DNA of 17,219 nt from an uncultured Nitrososphaerota archaeon (GTDB lineage: Archaea; Thermoproteota; Nitrososphaeria; Conexivisphaerales; DTJL01), in the NCBI GenBank assembly GCA_963842885.1, contig CAWJIE010000009.1, positions 1 to 17,219 of the forward strand, written 5' to 3'. The notes beneath the pieces were generated by a model. It was not told where the DNA came from. It saw only the letters and a list, made by a program, of their open reading frames with translations, and searched no databases. The translations under genes and the position numbers were made by a program. Positions 1-7,745 of this stretch are shown piece by piece (position 1 is the first letter of the stretch; every line of letters begins with the position of its first letter).

Positions 1-144
1 GCATCGCCTCCTCCAGTGTTCCACGCGGTTCCCGACGGGCCCGACTAGCGTCTGACTTTTCTGTCCGTAACCGTCATAGAACATCTCCTTTTCTCCGGCG
101 AGCGCAATCCGCCGAGCTTTGTCTTCAAGAGCTCTTTCGTCCAA
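1..144 (-). CDS. Hypothetical protein, partial (runs off the left edge)
   Basis: Hand translation from TTG at 144 gives MDERALEDKARRIALAGEKEMFYDGYGQKSQTLVGPVGNRVEHWRRRC, open to the edge. An AT-rich TTTATG box lies ~25 nt upstream. No family recognised. Confidence 0.35.
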   Translation of the reverse strand, partial: MDERALEDKARRIALAGEKEMFYDGYGQKSQTLVGPVGNRVEHWRRRC

Positions 145-232
145 TTAACAAATTGTCCTCAACAACATAAAGATGAGTAGACAGCCCATTTCGCAGGTCC
201 AAGCCCACGTCCGAACTCTTCTGGACACCGAG

Positions 233-391
233 CTATGCCAGCTTCTTGGCCGTATCTCCGGCTGTGGCTTCCTGATGAACAGTCGTGGCAGACCTCCATT
301 GGACGAGCTCCTTCTCGTCTGTCAGTGCCTTGAAGACGACTTCCGGCGGAGCATCGACCACTACGGCCTTCCTGATCTCACCTTCGATCAT
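233..391 (-). pseudogene. Truncated SRPBCC/AHSA1-like (START-fold) protein
   Basis: ATG at 391 overlaps the ArsR stop (ATGA). MIEGEIRKAVVVDAPPEVVFKALTDEKELVQW matches the typical SRPBCC/AHSA1 N-terminus, then similarity is lost and TAG follows after 52 aa. ArsR-SRPBCC pairs are common. Confidence 0.7.
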
Positions 392-699
392 CTTCCCCTC
401 GCCTCCTTCTTGTTTTCCACGTGTTCCTTCAGGCGGGTGAGTTTATCGTTCCAGAAGATGTCGAAGAACTCGATCATCTCCGACATCTTTTCCTTGTTGA
501 CCGAATAGAACCTGTTCTGGCCCACCTTGCGCTCGCTGACGAGGCCGGCGTCCTTCAGGACCCTCAAGTGCGTCGACACGGCAGGGAGCGTGAATTCGAA
601 GCTCTTGGCCATCTCGGTCGGCGTCTTCTCGCCGTCCTTCAGCAGGAGCAGCATCTGTCTTCGGTTGTCGTCGGCCATTGCCTTCCAGGAACTGCCCAT
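388..699 (-). CDS. ArsR/SmtB-family winged-HTH transcriptional regulator
   Basis: KAMADDNRRQMLLLL...PAVSTHLRVLKDAGLVSERKVGQNRFYS is the ArsR signature. ATG at 699 is preferred over TTG at 717 because a TATA-like box sits ~26 nt upstream of it. Confidence 0.9.
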   Translation of the reverse strand: MGSSWKAMADDNRRQMLLLLKDGEKTPTEMAKSFEFTLPAVSTHLRVLKDAGLVSERKVGQNRFYSVNKEKMSEMIEFFDIFWNDKLTRLKEHVENKKEARGR

Positions 700-708
700 A
701 ACAGTGTA

Positions 709-732
709 ATACTTCAATATCTATTTAAGTAT
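709..732. promoter_or_regulatory. Imperfect 24-bp palindrome (putative ArsR operator) overlapping a TATA-like box between divergent genes
   Basis: ATACTTCAATATCTATTTAAGTAT matches its reverse complement at 20 of 24 positions. The minus strand contains CTTAAATA ~26 nt before the arsR ATG. Confidence 0.65.
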
Positions 733-762
733 AGGACGCCTTCAGTGTGGTGTGCACCGTCA

Positions 763-1182
763 ATGAACCCATCCGAACTTATTGACAGGCAAATCGCAGA
801 CCTTACGGACTGGCGCGGCAAAATGCTTGCCAATCTTCGCAAAGTCATTCATGATGCTGATCCCGAGATAATCGAGGAATGGAAATGGATGGGCACTCTG
901 TGTTGGTCTCACGATGGACTAATCTGCGTGGCCAACGCTCACAAGGATAAGGTAAAACTGACCTTTTCTCAGGGCGCAAGCCTTCCAGATCCGGACAAGC
1001 TCTTCAACGCCGGCCTTGAAGGCAATAGATGGCGAGCGATTGATTTCCACGAGGGTGACAGAATTGATGAGCGCGCTCTGAAAAATATCATCCGTGCTGC
1101 CGTGGCTCACAATCGTGCTGGGCGGAAGGGGAAAACCCCGGCAGATGCTCGCGGGATTCGGGGTAAAGCACACAACGAATAG
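763..1182 (+). CDS. DUF1801 (YdhG-like) domain protein
   Basis: MNPSELIDRQIADLTDWRGKMLANLRKVIHDADPEIIEEWKWMGT...KVKLTFSQGASLPDPDKLFNAGLEGNRWRAID is characteristic of DUF1801. The upstream part of the track ORF is antisense to arsR. Confidence 0.85.
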   Translation: MNPSELIDRQIADLTDWRGKMLANLRKVIHDADPEIIEEWKWMGTLCWSHDGLICVANAHKDKVKLTFSQGASLPDPDKLFNAGLEGNRWRAIDFHEGDRIDERALKNIIRAAVAHNRAGRKGKTPADARGIRGKAHNE

Positions 1183-1215
1183 AAGGCCACTCTTGGCAAT
1201 CCCAGCACGCTTTCT

Positions 1216-1574
1216 CTAAGCTTTTCTTGGCGGCTGGAGCAGCCCGAAAGCGTTTCCATCTGGGTCGCTGAAGGTGGCGAGGATGCCCCAAGGATATTCG
1301 TCTGGCCGAGCCTGATCGAACTTTACGCCACGTGATTTGGGCTCTTCGAAATCTTTGCGGCAGTCGCTGGTCCGCAACGTCCAGCTTGGGTTGCTCCCGG
1401 GTTGCCATCGATTTTGGGGCGCCTTTGGATCTGGATAGGAACCGGCTTGGAACAAGCTGATTTCGATGTCTTGCCCTTTGGGTACGACGGTCACCCACCT
1501 TCGTTTCCTGGAGGCGTTAAGTCAGTTCGCTTTTCGAAGCCGAGCACCCGCGTGTAAAAGTCGAGGGCTCTGGC
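1216..1574 (-). pseudogene. VOC/glyoxalase-family protein, 5'-truncated and frameshifted
   Basis: ARALDFYTRVLGFEKRTDLTPPGN shifts frame near 1500 into RWVTVVPKG...YPWGILATFSDPDGNAFGLLQ. The first beta strand and start codon are missing. Confidence 0.75.
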
Positions 1575-1784
1575 TTCAGCATCTTCTGGTCGATTGAATT
1601 CTCCTCGTGGGGCTCACAACTCACGGCTGGGTACAACGTCTACGTTACGCTCCTGGGCTACGGGCAGTGCATCACGATACTCGCTGGTATCCTCTTCCTA
1701 TACTCACGGTTCAGGATGAGAGGCTCCATGAAGTCCAAGGGTATCGAGCATTTAACAGAACCAGAAACGCCACGCGTAACTTAA
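1572..1784 (+). pseudogene. Startless C-terminal remnant of a membrane protein
   Basis: The open frame reads GFSIFWSIEFSSWGSQLTAGYNVYVTLLGYGQCITILAGILFLYSRFRMRGSMKSKGIEHLTEPETPRVT*, a TM-like segment plus a basic tail. There is no start codon between the upstream TAA (1518) and the TM segment. Confidence 0.4.
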
Positions 1785-1809
1785 AGACTTATAATATTGT
1801 TTCTTGCCT

Positions 1810-2133
1810 ATGGTTGCGCAGAAGAACATGAAGTTCGTAGCTCTGTTATCATTGTTACTACTGGCCGGCGCTCTTTTCATCGTCCCCGCTCATGCTCAGA
1901 CCACTTCAACGGGCTTTGACGAGAAAAGCGCCAACTACCTGTCGGCCGCGATCGCGTTCGCCGGCTCGGCTATCGCTGCTGGATGGGCTATCAGCAAGGC
2001 TGGTTCTGCCGGTCTCGCTGGTTCGGCTGAGAGGCCTGAGATTAGGACAACAGCCATCATCATCTCTGCTCTTGGCGAAGCGCTCGCGATCTACGGGATT
2101 GTAGTTGCGCTGCTGATACTCGGCAAGGTTTAG
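1810..2133 (+). CDS. atpK: A/V-type ATP synthase subunit K (c-ring proteolipid) with N-terminal signal-like leader
   Basis: Gly/Ala-rich hairpin AAIAFAGSAIAAGWAISKAGSAGLAGSAERPE...ALGEALAIYG with the ion-binding Glu. The leader ends in AHA-Q. Start is ATG 1810 or 1828, with AT-rich boxes at 1780-1796. Confidence 0.92.
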   Translation: MVAQKNMKFVALLSLLLLAGALFIVPAHAQTTSTGFDEKSANYLSAAIAFAGSAIAAGWAISKAGSAGLAGSAERPEIRTTAIIISALGEALAIYGIVVALLILGKV

Positions 2134-2384
2134 GCTATCCAGTTCGCCAGCAGTTTCTTTGTAAGTCTGTCCGCTGCCACCAGCGATAGCGCCAGACCCA
2201 GCACCGAGAGGCCGATCGGAAGTGCGGGATCGTTTTCCAATGAGCCACCGACAACGAGAATGCCAACGAAGAGGCCACCCAGGGCGCCGACCGCCACGAG
2301 GACGCCTATCACGAGAGTGAAGACGAGCACCTTCCTCTGCTGCTCGGCCCTCTTCTTCTTGGTCGCTTCATCCTGGTCGTCCAA
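2130..2384 (-). CDS. Small two-TM membrane protein, AtpZ/AtpI (ATPase gene 1)-like
   Basis: Charged N-terminus, TM1 with GALGGLFVG, Pro-containing loop, TM2 with LSVLGLALS and a basic tail. TTG start follows a purine-rich tract, and the stop overlaps the atpK stop. Family assigned by eye. Confidence 0.6.
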   Translation of the reverse strand: MDDQDEATKKKRAEQQRKVLVFTLVIGVLVAVGALGGLFVGILVVGGSLENDPALPIGLSVLGLALSLVAADRLTKKLLANWIA

Positions 2385-2476
2385 TGCCCCTTCCTCCGCT
2401 CGCTCGGCGGAAGTAGGGACACACTGCTCGATAAGCTTTAATTACACCGAGCGGCTCGGCAATTCGGAGATACGGT

Positions 2477-3046
2477 ATGCTCGCCAGCCCGATGCTCTTG
2501 GAGGGTTCCGAATGGGTCATCGTGGTCGTAATCATCGGAGCGCTGCTGATCTTCGGCCCGGATAAGATTCCGCAGATCGCCAAGCAGGTGGGAAGGGCGA
2601 GGGCGGAGTTTGACAAGGCGTCCAATGAAGCCAAGACGATGATGGACACGGCCATGAAGAGCATCGACGAGGAAGCATCGGAGGCTACGAAATCGCTGAG
2701 CGCAACCGCCAACGACATGAAGGCTTCCTTGGAAGGCACGGCCAACGAGATGAAGTCCTCCCTTGACTCAGTGGTCAGCTCCGTTCGGGCTCCGGCGTCT
2801 GCTCTAACCGCCAGCGCTGCCCCAGGCATCCCTCCCAGCTCACCTGCCCCGACCCCAGCCGTGGTCGAGCCTCAGGCTGCTGCGCCCGCATCTCAGGCTG
2901 CTGCGCCCGCACCGACGGCGAGCGAAGTGGACACTGACGCACTCCTGAAATTGGCTCACCGCATGGGCATTGTGACCGACGGAAAGACGAGGGACGAGAT
3001 ATCGGAGGAGATATTCTCGAAGTCCGGCTCACAGGCCAAGACCTAG
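2477..3046 (+). CDS. tatA: Twin-arginine translocase TatA/TatB family subunit, long form
   Basis: EWVIVVVIIGALLIFGPDKIPQIAKQVGRARAEFDKA gives the TM, FG hinge and amphipathic helix. The C-terminus LAHRMGIVTDGKTRDEISEEI is archaeal-type. Adjacent to tatC. Confidence 0.9.
   Translation: MLASPMLLEGSEWVIVVVIIGALLIFGPDKIPQIAKQVGRARAEFDKASNEAKTMMDTAMKSIDEEASEATKSLSATANDMKASLEGTANEMKSSLDSVVSSVRAPASALTASAAPGIPPSSPAPTPAVVEPQAAAPASQAAAPAPTASEVDTDALLKLAHRMGIVTDGKTRDEISEEIFSKSGSQAKT
2705..2770 (+). repeat. 33-bp (11-aa) degenerate tandem repeat in tatA
   Basis: ACCGCCAACGACATGAAGGCTTCCTTGGAAGGC / ACGGCCAACGAGATGAAGTCCTCCCTTGACTCA encode TANDMKASLEG / TANEMKSSLDS. Confidence 0.8.
2871..2911 (+). repeat. 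20-bp exact direct repeat (period 21) in the tatA Pro/Ala linker
   Basis: CTCAGGCTGCTGCGCCCGCA occurs at 2871-2890 and 2892-2911 (PQAAAPA/SQAAAPA). Confidence 0.9.
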
Positions 3047-3162
3047 TGCGCCTGTCACTTTTCGCGACCTCTTCGTCTCTTTCTGAATGAGTTAATTCTT
3101 ATAATAGTATGACTGGGCTACAGTCGTCGGAGAGCTGGGTCTCCTCAGGTGGTGTGTGACAG

Positions 3163-4069
3163 GTGAGCAATCCAAATGATAGGTCGATGCCCATATGGGA
3201 CCACATCACCGAGCTAATCAAACGGATGAAGGTGGTCATAATAACCTTCATCGTGTCCACCCTCGTCGCGTTGGCGGTGCCCATCGACCTTAGCTTCTTG
3301 AAGAACACCGCGTTCTACAGGACGCCCGCAACCTGGCTCCTCGGCCTGATTAACGAGTACGAAAGGCCCAAGCAACTCATACTCATCAGCGGAGAGATAA
3401 CGGCGCCCCTCGAGCTCTGGGTCATCGCCGCCTGCCTGATGGGCGCCATCGTCACCGCGCCCGTCTTCGCCTTCGAGCTGTACCGCTTCATCGATCCCGC
3501 GCTCTACCCGGACGAAAGGAAGGCGGTGTACCCGGTCATCACAGCCTTCACCGTGCTCTTCCTGACAGGCCTCCTCTTCGGTTGGTTCGTCTTGATCCCG
3601 TTCATGTTCTGGGGCCTGCTACCGTTCTTCGGGTTCGTGGATGCACAGCCGGTCATCTTCGTCATGGACTTCTACACCCTAGTGTTGATCTTCCTGGCGA
3701 ATAACCGGGATCTCGTTCACCCTGCCGGTGTTCTTCGTTCTGCTCGTGAGGTTCCACATACTTCATACTTCGATAATCACCAAGCACAGGAGGTACTACT
3801 ACGCTGCGCTCTACATAGTGGCCGCTTTGATCACGCCTGACGGCGGCGTCTGGGCCGACCTTGCCCTCTTCCTCCCTCTTGCTGCGCTCACCGAGATAGC
3901 GATCCTGGTATCAAAGCGGTACGAGAAGCCCGAGAAGCAGGAGAGGAAAGCCGGTCGAAGCGCCTCCCCCGAGGCCGCTCCGGTCCTGCCCACCAAGTGC
4001 AAGTACTGCGGCCAAGGCCTCGTCAAGGGCAATCCGTTCTGCCCCAACTGCAAACGCAGCCAGGTATAG
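3163..4069 (+). CDS. tatC: Twin-arginine translocase TatC with C-terminal zinc ribbon; one +1 frameshift at ~3700
   Basis: Motifs MPIWDHITELIKR, FIDPALYPDE and AALITPDG. Removing one A at 3700/3701 joins the two track ORFs (FLA-ITGISFTLPVFF) into 301 aa ending CKYC...FCPNC. Confidence 0.88.
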
Positions 4070-4075
4070 CAGACT

Positions 4076-5097
4076 TCATCCGAAGGGCTTCAGGATCTCC
4101 AGGGTCTCCCTAAGCCCAGGGTCCACCCCGGTGAGCTCCTGGTGCCTCTTGAAGAACAGGAAGATCCTGATCATGGGGCCCAGCGTGTTGAAGATGGTCG
4201 CCGTGTGGTGCATCTTCTTCAGGATGAAATCGTATGCGTCGTCATAGACGCTGAACTTCTTCTTGACCTCCCTTTCGTAGTGCCTCAAGGTCATCCAGGT
4301 TGTCCGCCAGTAGCTTGGCGCAGATCATGCTCGGGAGTATCCCTTCCCCAAGGATGGGGAAGACGGTGCCGACGGCCTCCCCCACCCCCACGACGTTCCC
4401 CCTCCTGAAGGGAGTCACGGCCTTCGGAGAGGCCACCCGGATGGGCTTGCCCATCTTCCTCAAGACGTGGTCGGCGGGGTAGTGGTCGAAGAACGTCTTC
4501 ACCCTAGCTTCATGGTGTTTGACCGCGTCGCCGGCGCCGACGTAGGCTTCTCCGTCCCTGAGCGGGAAGTACCACAGGTAGCCCGTGTAGCTGTCGAACG
4601 GCTCCACGTAGAAGTCGTCGAAGGGCATCTTGTCGTATTTCACTTGGTACTGGACGCAGGGGATCACCATGTCCTTCCCCGTGTCGGCCGGCCCGACGAT
4701 CCTCCTGTAGGGGCCGGTCGCGTCGATGACCATGTCATACTTGGCCTCCAGGTCGCCCGGCCTGACGTAGGTCCCAAAGTGGACGTTGGCGCCTTCGGCC
4801 ATGTCCAGGATGAGCCTGGGCTTGTCGAAGGTGGAGAGTTGGGGCGCCCTCATCAGCGTGATTTTGTCGTGGGCGTAGACGTAGATCTTCTTCCCCCTGT
4901 GGAAGAGGTAGTCGTCGTAGTTGAGCCCGATGTCCTTCAAGGAGGGGCTTGATCCCGGCGTATCCCGTCCCCCAGGCGCATGTGCTGGAGAACCGCTCCC
5001 GCGTCTGACCCTCGAAGACCTCCACTTCATGCTTCTGGCGAAGGAGGGCCGCGAGGTAGCTGCCGGAGGGACCCAGACCCGCTATGGCGATCCTCAA
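4076..5097 (-). CDS. Geranylgeranyl-reductase-like NAD(P)/FAD-dependent oxidoreductase; +1 frameshifts at ~4941 and ~4283
   Basis: Rossmann start MRIAIAGLGPSGSYLA, then CAWG, IDATG, GYLWYFP and VGEAVGTVFPILGEGI. Removing one base at each site joins three track ORFs into 339 aa. Confidence 0.82.
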
Positions 5098-5139
5098 TCA
5101 GGCCACTCCTCCCTTCGATGTGAGCTTCGAAAAGGGGCC

Positions 5140-5190
5140 CATTATATATATTATCATATCGCGCGTTCTATCCCTGATAAATTTAAATGG
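5140..5190. promoter_or_regulatory. Divergent archaeal promoter region (reductase / nuo operon)
   Basis: AT-rich island in GC-rich DNA, with ATTATATATATTA at ~5141-5153 and AAATTTAAAT at ~5178-5188. Confidence 0.6.
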
Positions 5191-5236
5191 CCGTCCAGAT
5201 GACCACACGTGAGAGCTGCGGGGGTCATCTGCGAGC

Positions 5237-5605
5237 TTGTTTGGCGCTGACCAAGGCCTTTACTGGTTCATCGTCTTCGCAGTGCTCGCCCTCGTATCGG
5301 GGCTCCTGTTCCTGATCATACCGATGGTCTTCGCGCCGCGCAACCGGAGCGCCCTGAAGGAGGAGAGCTTCGAAGCCGGCCAGCTCCCTCCGGGGGCCAA
5401 GAGGATCAGGTTCGCCCTCCAGTACTACGCCTACCTGCTTCTCTTCTTGGTCTTCGACGTCACCATCATGATTCTCTTCGTGTGGGGCTACGCCTTCTTC
5501 TCGGCGGGCCGGTATGGCTTCGTCTACCCCCTGATCCTGCTCCTCGTCCTCATCCCCCCTCTGATTTACACGGTGAAGCTCTCCAAGGCAGTGGACATGT
5601 GGTAG
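5237..5605 (+). CDS. nuoA: Complex I-like subunit A
   Basis: Three TMs, FEAG loop, QYYAYLLLFLVFDV motif and C-terminal W. TTG start. Confidence 0.92.
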   Translation: MFGADQGLYWFIVFAVLALVSGLLFLIIPMVFAPRNRSALKEESFEAGQLPPGAKRIRFALQYYAYLLLFLVFDVTIMILFVWGYAFFSAGRYGFVYPLILLLVLIPPLIYTVKLSKAVDMW

Positions 5606-5607
5606 AG

Positions 5608-6732
5608 ATGGCTGAGACACCGCGTGGAGACTTCCTGAAGACCTTCCTCGTCTTCGCCTCCATCGCTATGGTCGCAGCCGTCGCCGTGCTCCTCTCGTTG
5701 ATATACCAGCCCCTCCTCTCGATCCTTTCCTACATCTTCAAGAGCCCTTCCAGGCTGCTCGTGGATCCGCTGTTCAAGACCCTGGTCTTCCCGGGGCTCG
5801 TCTATGCCGGCCTTGTGGCGTACGTCGCCATCTGGGGCGAAAGGAAGTTCGCGGCCAAGGTGCAGAACAGGGTGGGACCGCTCTACGCCGGCGCCCTCCC
5901 CGAAGGGATACTGCAGAACATCGCTGACCTGCTCAAGATCCTCTTCAAGGAGATCATCATACCGCGGGAGACGGACAAGCCCATCTTCATCATGGCCCCC
6001 GTGGCGGCTTTCGTCATAGGGGCCCTCCCGGTCGTCCTGGTGCCCTATTCGCCCACCTACGTCATCTTCGACTTCCCCCTCAGCCTCCTCCTGTTCTTCG
6101 TCTTCACGGCCTTCTACCCCCTGGTCCTCCTCCTGGCTGGCTGGAGCAGCAACAACAAGTTCTCCTTCATCGGGAGCCTTCGCGCCCTCTACCAGCAGGC
6201 GTCCTACGAGGTGCCGCTCTTCCTGGCCGCCCTGGCGCCGGTCATGCTGGCTGGCTCCTTCCGTCTGATCGACATCGGCAACGCCCAGAGCGGGTTCTGG
6301 TACGTGCTCGTCGCCCCCATCTCCGCGATCGTCTTCTTCACCGCTCTGCTGGCCGAGCTGGAGAAGTTCCCCTTCGATATACCCGAGGCCGACAGCGAGC
6401 TAGTGGCGGGCTGGCTGACGGAGTACTCGGGTGTCCCCTACCTCCTCTACCAGTTCGCAGCCTACATCAAGATGGTGGCCTACGCGGGGCTCTTCGTCGT
6501 CCTGTTCCTCGGCGGCTGGAGCGGCTTCTCCTTCCTCCCCGGCGAGTGGTGGATGGTGATCAAGGTGGCCCTGGTCGTGCTCGTAATCATCTCCACCCGG
6601 GCCTTCTTCCCTAGGATAAGGATCGACCAGCTTCTCAGCGCCGGCTGGACCAAGCTCATCCCGCTGGCCGTGCTCAACATAGTGCTCCTGGTCCTGCTTC
6701 AGTACGTCGGCCTCCTGGCGTTTCTCAGGTGA
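5608..6732 (+). CDS. nuoH: Complex I-like subunit H
   Basis: ERKFAAKVQNRVGP, GILQNIADLLKILFKE, GWSSNNKFS, SYEVP, PFDIPEADSELVAG and PRIRIDQL. ATG lies 2 nt after the nuoA stop. Extra N-terminal hydrophobic segment. Confidence 0.95.
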   Translation: MAETPRGDFLKTFLVFASIAMVAAVAVLLSLIYQPLLSILSYIFKSPSRLLVDPLFKTLVFPGLVYAGLVAYVAIWGERKFAAKVQNRVGPLYAGALPEGILQNIADLLKILFKEIIIPRETDKPIFIMAPVAAFVIGALPVVLVPYSPTYVIFDFPLSLLLFFVFTAFYPLVLLLAGWSSNNKFSFIGSLRALYQQASYEVPLFLAALAPVMLAGSFRLIDIGNAQSGFWYVLVAPISAIVFFTALLAELEKFPFDIPEADSELVAGWLTEYSGVPYLLYQFAAYIKMVAYAGLFVVLFLGGWSGFSFLPGEWWMVIKVALVVLVIISTRAFFPRIRIDQLLSAGWTKLIPLAVLNIVLLVLLQYVGLLAFLR

Positions 6733-6738
6733 CATGAA

Positions 6739-7430
6739 TTGGACTACCTCCTCCCCCTGATAATCCTCGCATTCACCTCTCTGATGGCGCTGCTGGCGCT
6801 GGAGAGCAAGTCGCTGGTGTACGGCGCCATCTCCCTCGGCGGGTTCTTCCTCGGCCTTTCGATCTTCTTCTTCTATCTGAACCTCTTCTATCTCGCCATC
6901 TTCCAGCTCCTGGTCTACGTGGGGGCCGTCTCCGTGCTGATCCTCTTCGCCGTCATGGTCATCGGCGAGCCTTCGAAGGCCCCCTCCCGGAGGGCGATTC
7001 AGCGGGTTCGGCTTCCTCGGAGGCCTGCTCCTGGCCCTGGCCGCGGACTTCATGGGGCTCGTCCTGATCTTCTCCTTCCTCAACGTCACGCTAGACCCCA
7101 TATTCCAGTCCCTCCTGTACGTCGGCCCCATCGTCGTGTTCTTCGCGTTCGTCATCCTGTTCCTCGGTGAGCCGAAGGAGAGGAGCCGTTACAGGTTCAA
7201 GGCCTTCGGGGTCCTCGGGGCGTCTCTGGTCTTCGCGAGCTTCATCGGCGTGCTTTCGTACCTGGGCTCCCTTCCCACGTTCTCCGGAAACGTGGCCTTC
7301 AACATCGTGGACCTCGCCGATAGCCTCCTAAACGACTACGGTCTCCTGATCGTGGTCCTGGGGCTTCTCCTGGCCGCCGCCGCCTTCGGGGCCGTCGCCC
7401 TGGCAAAGAAGGAGGCTGAGGAACGAGTGA
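6739..7430 (+). CDS. nuoJ: Complex I-like subunit J with internal duplication; +1 frameshift at ~6980-6994; as sequenced, reads in frame into nuoK
   Basis: AIFQLLVYVGAVSVLILFAVM (TM3) and C-terminal LLNDYGLLIVVLGLLLAAAAFGAVALAKKE. The end at TGA 7428-7430 is inferred by assuming a second extra base near 7420. Confidence 0.82.
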
Positions 7431-7735
7431 ACGAGCTGCAGTTCTTCATCGCCGCTTCGGCGCTCTTCTTCGCCATTGGCGTGTACGGCCTCCTTTCCAA
7501 GAAGAGCGCCATCAGGATCCTCTTCTCCATCGAGATAATCATCAACGCCGCCAGCCTGAACATCGCCGCCTTCGCGCGGTTCTCCCCCTACAACCTTGGA
7601 TCGGCGCAGTCCATCACCATCTTCATCATAGCCCTCGCCGCCGCCGAAGCAGCCGCAGGCCTGGCCCTGATCATAGAGGCCTTCCGAATCAGGGGCAAGG
7701 TCGACGTCAACGAAATGGACGAGCTCAAGGGATAG
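7427..7735 (+). CDS. nuoK: Complex I-like subunit K
   Basis: LFFAIGVYGLL, LFSIEIIINAASLN and AAAEAAAGLA, with both conserved Glu. GTG start is preceded by GGAGG. Confidence 0.9.
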   Translation: MNELQFFIAASALFFAIGVYGLLSKKSAIRILFSIEIIINAASLNIAAFARFSPYNLGSAQSITIFIIALAAAEAAAGLALIIEAFRIRGKVDVNEMDELKG

Positions 7736-7745
7736 GTGGAGAGAG

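Noticed and set aside
421-762. N-terminal 114 aa of the 253-aa track ORF
   Set aside because: Most of it is antisense to arsR, and DUF1801 similarity starts only at ATG 763.
2705-2911. CRISPR-like repeats
   Set aside because: They are in-frame coding repeats within tatA with no spacers. No CRISPR array was seen in the window.
3109-3144. Two small hairpins in the tatC leader (GACTG/CAGTC, GGAGA/TCTCC)
   Set aside because: Five-bp stems are expected by chance, and there is no other support.
5482-5607. Longer NuoH start given by the track
   Set aside because: It overlaps nuoA out of frame. ATG 5608 follows the nuoA stop directly.
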